This document shows positions 20,001 through 28,886 of a stretch of DNA of 64,000 bases, one piece after another. The position numbers and the translations under genes were made by a program. Origin of the DNA: an uncultured Chloroflexia bacterium (GTDB taxonomy: Bacteria > Chloroflexota > Dehalococcoidia > DSTF01 > JALHUB01); assembly GCA_963703345.1 (NCBI GenBank), contig OY969814.1, positions 1,888,001-1,952,000 on the forward strand, read 5' to 3'. The notes under the pieces were generated by a model. The model was given only the letters and a program-made list of their open reading frames with translations, was not told where the DNA came from and ran no database searches. The first letter of the stretch is position 1. Each line of letters starts with the position of its first letter.

Positions 20001-20509
20001 ACCGGTATGTCATTGGCCAAGGGATCGCTCAGAAAGGTGGGATCGATGAAATCCAGAGGGCTCACTCCTTCGACGAGAGCGTTGAAAGTCATCGTCGCGA
20101 CCTCACCAGAGCCGTCAACGCCAACTAGCCCATCGAACGAATAACAACCGAATGTCACTTTCCCCAGGGTCGTGTTCACGATAGCGTTGGGACATTCCAC
20201 GGTTCGTCCGCTGCTTCCCAGGAACGGTCCCTCCGTTGCCGTCTGGAAGGCAACCAGGCTCGGGTCAAACTGGAGGGTGAACTCGAAAGAGCCCAGGTTG
20301 GAGACATCGTCCAGCATCACATTGACGCTGAACGAATCCCCTGCGCTCACGTTTTGAGTAGACGGGTCGAGGCGGACGACGGCCTGTTGGGCGGAAACGA
20401 AGCTGAAGTGGTAAGCCAGGAACAGGGCGCCTGCCATCAGCGCCACGCCGAGAAGAATGCCGCGCCATGCCTTCATAACTAATATTACGGGTGCCACCGC
20501 CGGGGCCAC
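17045..20509 (-). CDS. Multi-cohesin surface protein with PT linkers, dockerin-like domain and C-terminal anchor
   Basis: Five repeats of the type LGxF(E/Q)..L.FDP...GPFLGS(S/T)GR; GDVNKDCQVNVID; VGGIAEPP-TM-RRRR tail. Start may be ATG 20476. Confidence 0.85.
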   Translation of the reverse strand: MAPAVAPVILVMKAWRGILLGVALMAGALFLAYHFSFVSAQQAVVRLDPSTQNVSAGDSFSVNVMLDDVSNLGSFEFTLQFDPSLVAFQTATEGPFLGSSGRTVECPNAIVNTTLGKVTFGCYSFDGLVGVDGSGEVATMTFNALVEGVSPLDFIDPTFLSDPLANDIPVVAENGQVTIGFPTPRPTSTPVVPTPSPTPGPTCEGAPAGVVACLRPAGQTAFNGSDFSIDLMVNNVADLGAFQASIQFDPVIASFVGAKYGPFLGSTGRSVSCDAATPSPTGNSVRLVCRTLGTHPPGPDGNGVLATITFSAIREGIGLMNLSDFVLTDIQATVIPTDALLGASVVVQPAPTPTYGPSPTPTDTPTATETVPPTATFTVGPSPTPTATLTPRATWTPGPAAPTPTNTPVGGAVTISVAPAWQQANVSVPFSVNATVDGVTDLGAYELTLDFDPAFLQVASVKNGPFLGSSGRGPSCLPPDIFGTKVRTVCLTLGPEPAGASGSGVLSILTFVPLQTGDTQVTVEKAILTNPMAGTIAVSIGGQASVTIGPAPTPTDTPLPTETYTPGPSQTPTSTATAGNEPPTPTPTLAPNVPAVLIDPPSQSVRVGDYFVVDVMARDVSNVAAYDFTVQFDPNILILSGISNGTFLGSTRRGVFCPTPTVSDRQVRFGCVSSGSAPGASGTGLLAEITFRALALGTSSLDLPAYALADPFGNTISAKAAGGSVSVSATGSVPPASKVAPRYAAVAVLLTGMAGLLVRPTGRKRSKKRIKGRAPKQPRGAGSNEIVLAKDAMMRAERGFRQLLRGCRAALSGAVVRRRGRVRIPAAFALTVTGVFGLWLVLAARVQTPSAATAADPIVLSISPSSANLWQCSGGPTDCTHDGEGKLVLADEVANVPAGTQVGGFEFTVYYDRNVVSASASEGPFLASTGRQTQCRQDQTESSLSIACTSTGSQPGPTGPGVLAYLTLTPTVTIRPTLGNGMLTNVTQSGAELSDVLRNPILIDQVSGSTILVRALEGDVNKDCQVNVIDEQAGSGRYGSSLGQWPYNIWFDLEPATGDYDIDIKDLQFVSGRYQRTCAGSVPTPTPTPTPTPVRVSGAVGGIAEPPDIAPGSPEATEPSSATDYVPWAEMAAGAVGAITVGAGLWYVRRRRAA

Positions 20510-20551
20510 CTTCTTCCGTATAGAGTCCTGCCGCCGCTCCTCGCTAGAGAG

Positions 20552-20690
20552 AAAAGCAAAGAAGCCAACCAGCGATGCGCTGGTCGGCTTCCCTTCCGGC
20601 TTGTCTGGAGACGCTTCTCCGGGCCCGTGCCGACAGCCCAGCCACCATGGCTGTCGCAGCCCCTTCTCGCGACTATTCGTCCATGCCCAT
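20552..20690 (-). promoter_or_regulatory. Structured 5' leader with intrinsic terminator upstream of the cohesin gene
   Basis: Hairpin gaagccgaccagcg-cat-cgctggttggcttc + TTTGCTTTT on the minus strand, preceded by further hairpins. Confidence 0.55.
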
Positions 20691-20761
20691 AGGGGAGAGG
20701 AGCAGTCGCGCAGTTCTATACTGTCAGCAGCAGGATTGTCTTGTCAAGACCCCTCTAGGCC

Positions 20762-20871
20762 CACCATCTGACCCTCCCCCAAGATTCGGTGAGCAGCGCC
20801 CGAGTGCGGGCCGAACGGCTCGCGGACTTTTAATCCGGGAGTCGAGGGTTCGAATCCCTCACGGCCCTCCA
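20762..20871 (+). repeat. Lys-type repeat 2: arm + tRNA-Lys 3' half ending in CCA
   Basis: Near-identical to 16742-16851. Confidence 0.87.
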
Positions 20872-21074
20872 GACGGCTTTTTTCAGATTCGATTTCCGCT
20901 CTCAAGGGCTGCTTGTTCTTCGCCTAACCCATGATTTGTCGCCTCGGCCAACCCAACCTGACCACCGGACTTGAAGTTTATGAGCCTAAAGACTGAGAGC
21001 CCTTGGCATTCGAGAGCTCTCCCGCAGATACGATTGCCGCGTCTGCAGGCCCCCTCCTCTTCGCCCGCCTCTCC

Positions 21075-21134
21075 CGGTTGAGCACCGGATTCCAAGTCCG
21101 GGAGTCGAGGGTTCGAACCCCTCACGGCCCTCCA
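21075..21134 (+). repeat. Lys-type repeat 3: degenerate tRNA fragment (loop mutated, no arm)
   Basis: cggttgagcaccggattccaagtccgggagtcgagggttcgaacccctcacggccctcca. Confidence 0.75.
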
Positions 21135-21263
21135 GAGCCCTCTTTCAGATTCGAAATCCGCCTTTCGCCCTGAAAGGCTTTCCGTGCACACAGCGGAGTT
21201 TTGGTGTAGCATCTCGGCATCGTCCGTCTGTGGGTCGTACCACTAGTTCGACAGGGGGTCAAC

Positions 21264-22595
21264 ATGCCATCGAGAAGAAAGCTCTGCCGGATGGCGCTGA
21301 GCGTGACATTCATCGCCATCGTCTTTTCGCTCACGGCCTGTGGCGGGAACGGGTCGTCCAAGCCGAGCGCGGAAGGGACGCCTGACACGACGGGTGTTAC
21401 CGACACCGAGATAACCCTAGGTACCCACTACCCCCTCAGCGGCAACCCGGCCGCCGCCTACGCAGTCATCGCCTACGGAATGAAGGCATTCTTCAACTAT
21501 ATCAATGCTCAGGGCGGCGTCTATGGCCGAAAGATCAACTTTATCATCGCCGATGACCACTACAACCCCCCTGACACGGTCGAGGTCGTCCACCAGCTCG
21601 TGGAGCAGGACCACGTCTTTGGCATCATCAGCGGTCTGGGCGAAGAGACGCACCTGGCTGTCTACAAGTACCTGGAGGAACGGGGCATTCCGGACATGTA
21701 TCTCTCCACCGGCCTCGTAGCGTGGTCTGACCCCGTTGCGCACAGCCGGTTCGCCGGAAACCCGAACTACATCATTGATGGCACTTTCCTCGGCAATTAC
21801 ATTGCAAAGACCTACCCCAATGGTAAGCTGGGCATCCTTGAGCAAAACGACGCGTTGGGCCAGGAAGGGGAAAAGGGGCTGCGGCAGGGGCTGGAAGGCA
21901 GCAACGTTGAGATTGCGGATGTGGAGAAGTATGAAGCGAGCGCTAACGACGTCTCTGCCCAGACCCAGCGGCTGAAAGCCAGCGGTGTGGATGTGCTGGC
22001 TGCGTTTGCGATGCCGGGCCAGGGCGCCAGCCTCGTGAAGACGGCGCACGAAACGCTGAACTGGAAGGTTCCTATCGCAGTAAGCGCAATCGATGTGAGC
22101 GATATTTTCATTCTGCTGGCCGGTGCTCAGAATGCGGAGGGCGTAGTAAGCGACACCTTCGGCATGCAGGTATACGACACTGAAGATCCGGGCATCCAGA
22201 AATACATGAAGATATGGGACAAGTTCCACAACGGCGTCACCGGGCCCCTGACGGACCTAGAGGAGTATGGCATGTCCAGGGCGGAGGACGTGGTATGGGA
22301 CCTCGAGATGGCCGGGAAGGACCTCTCGCGCCAGTCCTTCCTTGACGCCGCCGAAAAGATGTGCCGCGTGGACTGCTCCGTGTGCGCTCCTTGGAGCCTT
22401 GAATCCACCAGCCCGACGGACCACAAGGTATCCGAGACGCTGATCCTCAACACAGTGGTGAACGGCAAGTGGCAGACATCGGGCGACCCAGTTAGCTATG
22501 AGTCGACGAAAGAGTGCACACCGGCGACACCTCCTGACGGCTTTGATCAACAGCCGAAGCTGGGGAAGGACGCGGCCTACGTGGAGACTCCTTAG
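21264..22595 (+). CDS. ABC transporter substrate-binding lipoprotein (branched-chain amino acid type), orphan
   Basis: Lipobox LTAC; GVTDTEITLG, INAQGGVYGRKI, DDHYNP. Confidence 0.9.
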   Translation: MPSRRKLCRMALSVTFIAIVFSLTACGGNGSSKPSAEGTPDTTGVTDTEITLGTHYPLSGNPAAAYAVIAYGMKAFFNYINAQGGVYGRKINFIIADDHYNPPDTVEVVHQLVEQDHVFGIISGLGEETHLAVYKYLEERGIPDMYLSTGLVAWSDPVAHSRFAGNPNYIIDGTFLGNYIAKTYPNGKLGILEQNDALGQEGEKGLRQGLEGSNVEIADVEKYEASANDVSAQTQRLKASGVDVLAAFAMPGQGASLVKTAHETLNWKVPIAVSAIDVSDIFILLAGAQNAEGVVSDTFGMQVYDTEDPGIQKYMKIWDKFHNGVTGPLTDLEEYGMSRAEDVVWDLEMAGKDLSRQSFLDAAEKMCRVDCSVCAPWSLESTSPTDHKVSETLILNTVVNGKWQTSGDPVSYESTKECTPATPPDGFDQQPKLGKDAAYVETP

Positions 22596-22626
22596 AGGCT
22601 CTAGGCTCGACAATGAGGGGGCGAGC

Positions 22627-22759
22627 TAGAATCCGGTCGTCAGGTGCCACGCGGGCAAGACGGCGGGATTCGACCTCGCAGAGCGCCATCTGACCCTTCC
22701 CACAGATTCGGCGAGCGGTGCCGGATACGGGCCGAACGGTGAACGGACTTTTAATCCGG
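22627..22759 (+). repeat. Lys-type repeat 4: arm + anticodon stem-loop only
   Basis: Aligns with 16685-16817 and ends at cggacttttaatccgg. Confidence 0.8.
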
Positions 22760-23026
22760 CCGTCAGAGAGCGAATAAGTGATCATGCCCTTTCAACGCAC
22801 ACCATGCGTGCATCGTGTGCGGCGTTCGTGGGAACTGGTTGCCTTACCAAGCAGAGGGCCGCGGCCTCGAGTCCCCGTTTCCCGCTCGAAGTTCTCCTTT
22901 CCGGTCACACCCCTTCGGCGGCCGCGTACGGCTGGGCCAGAGGCGCACTTGGGCAGCCTGAGCGGTGGAGTCGGCTGGGGGTCTCGCCGGCCTGCGGTCG
23001 TCGGGAGCTAATAGGAACCTGTCCTC

Positions 23027-23054
23027 TTGACATCGTTAGCAAACGCAGTAATAT
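23027..23054 (+). promoter_or_regulatory. Sigma70-type promoter TTGACA-16-TAATAT
   Basis: Directly upstream of ATG 23084; the -10 lies inside the small inverted repeat acgca..tgcgt. Confidence 0.5.
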
Positions 23055-23083
23055 TGCGTCATCCGGAGCTACGGGTGGCTACG

Positions 23084-26000
23084 ATGGCACACGAGATCCC
23101 TGAAGGCACCGTCACCGTCCTCTTCACCGACGTGGAAGGCTCCACCGATCTGACGACCCGCCGCGGTGACGAGGCCGCACAGGCGATACTGCGCACCCAG
23201 CGGGAGTTGGTGCGTCAGCAGGTCGAGGAGCACTGCGGCCACGAGGTCAAGTCCCTGGGCGATGGCTTCATGGTAGCTTTCGCCTCGGCGCGAAAGGCTG
23301 TGGCCTGCGCCGTCGGCATCCAGCGGGCCCTGGAGGAGCACAACCGACAGCATCCTGACCAGCAGGTACAGGTGCGGATCGGCCTGAACACGGGGGAGGC
23401 GATCCGAGAGGAGGCGGACCTGTTCGGCGAGGCGGTAAACGCCGCTGCCCGCATCGCTGCCAAGGCTAAGGGCGGCCAGATCCTGCTCTCTGAAGCCGTG
23501 CGGGCCGTCCTGGGCCGGGCCAGAGACGTTGAGCTCGTCGATTGCGGCCGCTTTCGCCTCAAGGGTTTCCCCGAACGCTGGCATCTCTACGAAGCCATCT
23601 GGCAGAAGGCGGAGGGGCCCATTGCGGTCCTGCCGGCTGTTGCGGAGCGAACGCCCTTCGTGGGCCGGGAGAGCGAGCGGGCCGAGCTGCGGCGCCTCCT
23701 CGACCAGACCGTCCGCGGCCAGGGCGCCCTGGTCATGATCGGCGGCGAGCCCGGCGTCGGCAAGACGCGACTAGCTGAAGAGTTCCTGCTGGAGACCGGC
23801 CAGCGTGGCGTGCTGGCCCTGACCGGCCACTGCTACGAGATGGCAGGGGCATCGCCCTATATTCCCTTCGTGGAGATACTGGAGACCGCGGCCCGCGTGA
23901 TCCCGGCGGTTGCTTTGCGTGACGCCCTGGGCGACTCCGCGCCGGAGGTGGCCAAGCTCGCGCCGGAGCTCCGCCGTTTCTTCCCCGACATCCCGCCGCC
24001 TCTGGAGCTGCCACCGGAGCAGGAGCGCCGCTACCTGTTCAACCGCGTGCTCGAGTTCCTGCAGCGGACGGCCCAGAGACAGCCCCTTCTCCTGATGCTA
24101 GATGACCTGCACTGGGGTGACGACTCGACCCTGCTGCTCCTCCAGCACATCACCCAGCGTCTCCATGAGATGCCTGTCCTCATCGTGGGGACTTATCGAG
24201 ACGTGGAGCTGGACGTGAGTAAGCCGCTAGGTGCGGCCCTGCGGGAACTGACGCGCCAGCGCTTAGCTCATCATCTGGCCCTCAAGCGGCTGCCTGAGGC
24301 AGACGTGGAGGCGATGCTGCGGGGCCTTAGCGGCCAGGAGCCGCCGAGCTTCCTTGCGCAGGAGGTCTACCGCGAGACGGAGGGCAACCCTTTCTTCGTC
24401 GAGGAGGTGTTCCAGCATCTGACGGAGGAGGGGAAGCTGTTCGACCAACAGGGCCGCTGGCGCTCCGACCTCCGCATCGGCGAGCTGGAGGTGCCGCGCA
24501 GCGTCCGCCTGGTCGTCGGCCAGCGACTGGAGCGCGTCTGCGAGGACTGCCGCCGCGTCCTGACCGTCGCCGCAGTCGTCGGCCGCGGCTTCAGCTTCGA
24601 ACTGCTGGAGGCGCTGGGCGACGTAGATGCCGACGCCCTCCTGGACGCCATCGACGAAGCGGAGCGGGCGCATCTCATCACCTCCACCGCCGACGGCCCT
24701 GAGGCCCGCTTCACCTTTGCCCACGAGCTCATCCGCCAGACGCTGGTCAGCAGCCTCTCCCTGCCCCGCCGGCAGCGGTGGCACCTGCGGGTGGCCGAGG
24801 CCATGGAGCGGCTCTACGCCCGCGCCCTGGAGGAGCACGGTGCCGAGCTGGCCCACCACCTCTACCAGGCGGGGGCCGCCGCCGACCCCGAGAAGACTGT
24901 GCGCTACCTGGCGGTGGCCGGCGACCAGGCCATGAAGGCAGCGGCGTTCGAGGACGCCCTGCGCCACTACGAGAACGCCCTCTCCCTGCACCCGGCCGAT
25001 GACCGGCAGGGGCGGGCTGACCTGCTGCACAAGCGGGGGCAGGCTCTCCGCAGCCTGGGTCGCTGGGAGGAGGCGCTGGCCGACTGGCGGCAGGCGCTGG
25101 CCGCCTACGAGGAGCTGGGCGACGCCCAGGCGGCGGGCCGCATCTGCCAGGGGTTATCCGCGCTGCTGGCCTATGCAGCCCGCTGGGACGAAGCGGTGGA
25201 GCTCGCCCGCCGCGGCCTTGGCGCGCGGGGCCAACAGGTGAGCGTCGACCGCTGCCGCCTCCTCGCCCAGACCGGGACCCACCTCAGCCTCTCCGGAGAC
25301 CACGACACCGGCGCACCCTTGCTCACCGAGGCGCTCGCCATGGCCGAGGAGTTGGGTGACCGGCGCCTGCTGGGATTGGTCCTCTTCGGCAAGGGGATGG
25401 TTCACTACTGGTACCTGCAGCCGCGGGAGGCGGTCGAGTCCGGCCTGCGGGCGGCCGAGCTCTTGCGCTCGGCCGGCAGCCTCTGGAGTCTGGCCGAAGT
25501 GCTGTGGGTCACGCAGCACGCCCTGCTGTTGCTCGGCCGCTATGACGAAGCCGCAAAGATGGGCGAGGAGGCGGAGCCCCTGGCGGAGCGCCTGGGCCAC
25601 CTGTTCGCCCTTGTGTTGACCAGGCGCGCTAGCGGCGGCGTAGATCTCCAGCTGACGGGCGACATCAACAGGTTCGAGGAGTTTGTGAAGGCGGACCTGG
25701 AGCTCTGCCGCAGAACCGGCTACCCCGGGATATCCAACTCCTACACCTGGCTTGGCATGGCGCATTTCTGGAGGGGAGAGTGGGGGCAGGCGCTGGAGAG
25801 CTTGGAGGAGGGCGTTAGGCTGGAGCCCCCGGGCCCGTTGGCTGGCTTGGCCTGGGCCGACCTGTTCCTCGGTAAGGCGTACGTTGGGGACGGGGATTCA
25901 GCTCTCGCCATGCTGGACGACAGGATGTCCTGCCTCCCCCACCCCAGCCGGGCCAATACGCTCGGCACCTGGGTGATGCTGTTCGCGGCGGTCGAAGGGC

Positions 26001-26377
26001 TGGCTGCCCTCGGCGAACGAGAGAAGGCCGCGAAGCTCTACCCGTTGGTCCTGGAGGCCGTCGATACCGGCTGCGTCGCACGATCGTCGATGCTCGGACT
26101 GCTTCAGACCGTAGCCGGCATGGCGGCGGCGGCCGGGAGGCAGTGGAAGAAGGCGGGGGAGCACTACAAGGAGGCCCTTCGTCTAGCCCACGAGCTGCCG
26201 GTCGTCGGCGAGCAGCCGGAGGTGCGGCGCTGGTACGCCCGCATGCTCATCGACCGCGACGCCCCCGGCGACCGCAAGAAGGCTCGCGAACTGCTCTCCG
26301 AAGCCGTCGCGATGTACCGCCGCATCGGCATGCCCAAGCACGTAGAGATGGCGGAAGCGCTGCTGGCCGGGATCTAG
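23084..26377 (+). CDS. Class III adenylate/guanylate cyclase - AAA (STAND) ATPase - TPR protein
   Basis: LFTDVEGST, KSLGDGFM, RIGLNTGE; GEPGVGKT, LDDLHW, TEGNPFF. Confidence 0.92.
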   Translation: MAHEIPEGTVTVLFTDVEGSTDLTTRRGDEAAQAILRTQRELVRQQVEEHCGHEVKSLGDGFMVAFASARKAVACAVGIQRALEEHNRQHPDQQVQVRIGLNTGEAIREEADLFGEAVNAAARIAAKAKGGQILLSEAVRAVLGRARDVELVDCGRFRLKGFPERWHLYEAIWQKAEGPIAVLPAVAERTPFVGRESERAELRRLLDQTVRGQGALVMIGGEPGVGKTRLAEEFLLETGQRGVLALTGHCYEMAGASPYIPFVEILETAARVIPAVALRDALGDSAPEVAKLAPELRRFFPDIPPPLELPPEQERRYLFNRVLEFLQRTAQRQPLLLMLDDLHWGDDSTLLLLQHITQRLHEMPVLIVGTYRDVELDVSKPLGAALRELTRQRLAHHLALKRLPEADVEAMLRGLSGQEPPSFLAQEVYRETEGNPFFVEEVFQHLTEEGKLFDQQGRWRSDLRIGELEVPRSVRLVVGQRLERVCEDCRRVLTVAAVVGRGFSFELLEALGDVDADALLDAIDEAERAHLITSTADGPEARFTFAHELIRQTLVSSLSLPRRQRWHLRVAEAMERLYARALEEHGAELAHHLYQAGAAADPEKTVRYLAVAGDQAMKAAAFEDALRHYENALSLHPADDRQGRADLLHKRGQALRSLGRWEEALADWRQALAAYEELGDAQAAGRICQGLSALLAYAARWDEAVELARRGLGARGQQVSVDRCRLLAQTGTHLSLSGDHDTGAPLLTEALAMAEELGDRRLLGLVLFGKGMVHYWYLQPREAVESGLRAAELLRSAGSLWSLAEVLWVTQHALLLLGRYDEAAKMGEEAEPLAERLGHLFALVLTRRASGGVDLQLTGDINRFEEFVKADLELCRRTGYPGISNSYTWLGMAHFWRGEWGQALESLEEGVRLEPPGPLAGLAWADLFLGKAYVGDGDSALAMLDDRMSCLPHPSRANTLGTWVMLFAAVEGLAALGEREKAAKLYPLVLEAVDTGCVARSSMLGLLQTVAGMAAAAGRQWKKAGEHYKEALRLAHELPVVGEQPEVRRWYARMLIDRDAPGDRKKARELLSEAVAMYRRIGMPKHVEMAEALLAGI

Positions 26378-26416
26378 TTCGTGGGGGCGCTCTCGATAGT
26401 GTAGGATGGGGTCGCC

Positions 26417-27760
26417 ATGGAGCCGCGCATCCAGTACGCCAGGACCGCCGATGGGGTGAGCATCGCCTTCTGGACGCTGGGGGAAGGCGTGCCCTTCGTG
26501 CAAATGCCAGGTCTTCCCTGGAGCCATATCCAATTGGAGTGGCAGATGCCCGGGATGCGCCGCAGTTACGAGCGGCTGGCTGAGAAGAGGAAGCTGGTCC
26601 GCTACGACGGGAGGGGGATGGGCCTTTCGGACCGCAACGTCGCCGACTACTCTTTCGACGCCCATGTTCTGGACCTGCAGGCGGTGGTGGAACGCCTGGG
26701 CCTGCAGAGATTTGTTCTGAGTGGCCATGTCACCTCATGCCCGATCGCCATCGCCTACGCGACCCGCCACCCGGAGGCCGTATCCCATCTTGTGCTTTGG
26801 TGCCCATGGTGGTGGTCACGGGAACCCCGCTCCCAAGCACTTTGGGCGCTGAGCAAGGTGGACTGGGAGCTATACACGGAGGCAATAGCGCATGCCATGT
26901 TGGGCTGGTCGACGGGTGAGGAAGCGCACCGCTTCGCTGCCTTCTGCAGGGAATGCACCACACTAGAGGCGTCACGCGCCACCTTTCGCGCGCTTGCGGA
27001 GTTTGATGTCACCCTTGTGCTTTCGCAAGTGAGGTCGCCTACCTTGATACTTCAGCGTCGCCAGGTCGCGGCGCTTCCCGGCCTGGACATCGCCAAAGGT
27101 CTTGCCTCCGGAATCCGGGATGCCCGCCTCGCTCTCCTGGAGGGAGAGGCGCTCCTCTGGTGGGCAGGCGACATGGAGGCGGTACTTGCGGCCATCGACC
27201 AGTTCCTGGGGGATAGCGAGCCCACCCCAGCCGGAGCCGAGCCGACCGCGGCAGGCGGCCTCTGCACCATCCTCTTCACGGACGTCGAGGGCTCGACGGC
27301 GCTGACCGAGCGGCTGGGGGACGCCAAGGCCCAGGAGCTCCTTCGCACCCACAACGGCATCGTCCGCGATGCGCTCAGGACCCACGGTGGCGCGGAGGTG
27401 AAGGCGATGGGGGACGGGTTCATGGCATCGTTCTCATCGGCGACGCGGGCGCTGGAGTGCGCCGTTGCCATGCAGAGGGCCTTCGCCGCCCACGATGATG
27501 AGCACCCAGAGACGCCGATACGCGTCCGCATCGGGCTGAACGCGGGTGAGCCGGTGGCGGAGGACCAGGACCTGTTCGGGACGGCGGTTCAGGTGGCAGC
27601 CCGCGTGTGTGCACACGCCCAGCCCTGCCAGATACTAGCCTCTAACGTTGTGCAGGAGCTTGCCGCTGGAAAAGGCTTCGCATTCTCCGATCAAGGGGAA
27701 GCTGCCCTGAAGGGACTTGACAAGCCGGTCCGGCTGTACGAGCTGCACTGGCAGACCTAG
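26417..27760 (+). CDS. Alpha/beta-hydrolase fold + class III adenylate/guanylate cyclase
   Basis: YDGRGMGLSD; C-terminal LFTDVEGST, GDGFM, RIGLNAGE, LKG. Confidence 0.9.
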   Translation: MEPRIQYARTADGVSIAFWTLGEGVPFVQMPGLPWSHIQLEWQMPGMRRSYERLAEKRKLVRYDGRGMGLSDRNVADYSFDAHVLDLQAVVERLGLQRFVLSGHVTSCPIAIAYATRHPEAVSHLVLWCPWWWSREPRSQALWALSKVDWELYTEAIAHAMLGWSTGEEAHRFAAFCRECTTLEASRATFRALAEFDVTLVLSQVRSPTLILQRRQVAALPGLDIAKGLASGIRDARLALLEGEALLWWAGDMEAVLAAIDQFLGDSEPTPAGAEPTAAGGLCTILFTDVEGSTALTERLGDAKAQELLRTHNGIVRDALRTHGGAEVKAMGDGFMASFSSATRALECAVAMQRAFAAHDDEHPETPIRVRIGLNAGEPVAEDQDLFGTAVQVAARVCAHAQPCQILASNVVQELAAGKGFAFSDQGEAALKGLDKPVRLYELHWQT

Positions 27761-28084
27761 CGCTCACCGCTGCGCCCTTCAACACACACGATCCGGACAT
27801 GGTGTCGGCCCGAGACGGCACGTCCTCTGCGCGCTGCCCCGGCTCGCTTTCGGCAATCAAACGATCACGTGTCTAGGAGAGTCGTGGGGAGAGGAACGGG
27901 AATGAGGCCCTGGACCGCCCGGGGGGCCAGTCCACCTGCTTGTCACCCGATGACTCTCCGCCGTCATCCCCATTGGACTCGTTGCGGGGCTGGTGTTTGC
28001 CCTGACAGCGCGATATCATGCTGGCGGCGCTAAGAGCGCTTGCTGTCGCCGACCCCTTTGCTCGTGTCCAAAGGAGGCCCCATT

Positions 28085-28246
28085 GTGGAAGTGCTGCCAA
28101 CCCAATTGCTGCCTGCCGTACCCCACATCCAGTTCTCCATCTTCAACCTTGCAATTCCGAACATTGCCGCATGGGTAGCGCTTATCTTTGCCTTCGGCGC
28201 CGCGGCTTGGCTGCGCCTCCCGCGAATCTTCGAGCCCCGAGAGTGA
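28085..28246 (+). CDS. Small membrane protein
   Basis: RBS AAGGAGG, GTG start, one hydrophobic helix; first gene of the cytochrome b unit. Confidence 0.6.
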   Translation: MEVLPTQLLPAVPHIQFSIFNLAIPNIAAWVALIFAFGAAAWLRLPRIFEPRE

Positions 28247-28253
28247 GACAGGG

Positions 28254-28886
28254 ATGAGTATGAACTTGACTCGGTCCGCGCAACGCTTCCTGACCGGCAA
28301 CCTCACCCTTGAGGACGCTTTGCCCACGAGGATGCCGGTGTACGTCAGTTCAGTCGCCTACCTCTTCGGCGTGACGGCGCTTTCCGCCATAGCAGTGCTG
28401 GTCGTTACGGGCCTGGCAATGAGCCTGTTCGGGCCAGAATGGTACCACGGTGGACAGGCGCCGGGATCAGGGGTGGGCCGCTTCGTCAACTCGATTCACT
28501 TCTGGAGCGCGCAACTCCTTTTCTTTGCGCTCATCGCCCACGTGGCGACCAAGTATGCGATGGCCGCCTGGCGGGACGGTCGCTGGAAGACATGGACCGT
28601 GGGCGCGCTGGCCCTAGGGGCTGCGATCTTCACCGCCCTCACAGGGTTTCTTGCCCAGACAAACTGGGACTCGCAGTGGATCGCCGTTCAAGCCAAGGAT
28701 GCTTTGAACGCAGTGGGCATTGGCGCGTTTTTCAACACGTTGAACCTAGGCCAGGTCTTAACCCTACACGTTGTCGCCTTGCCGCTCTTGCTCGCATTGT
28801 TGGTCGGAATCCACCTCTTCTTTATCCGTCGAGACGGCCCGGTAAAGCCGATCGACGCGAGGCCGCAAGATGAGCAATCGAACTGA
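28254..28886 (+). CDS. Cytochrome b/b6 N-terminal domain protein
   Basis: Four heme-ligand His (SIHFWS...AHV; TLHV...IHL) in transmembrane helices. Confidence 0.88.
   Translation: MSMNLTRSAQRFLTGNLTLEDALPTRMPVYVSSVAYLFGVTALSAIAVLVVTGLAMSLFGPEWYHGGQAPGSGVGRFVNSIHFWSAQLLFFALIAHVATKYAMAAWRDGRWKTWTVGALALGAAIFTALTGFLAQTNWDSQWIAVQAKDALNAVGIGAFFNTLNLGQVLTLHVVALPLLLALLVGIHLFFIRRDGPVKPIDARPQDEQSN

Noticed and set aside
21075-21134. tRNA-Trp (loop ttCCAag)
   Set aside because: The body matches the Lys fragments, the loop is non-canonical and there is no 5' acceptor strand.
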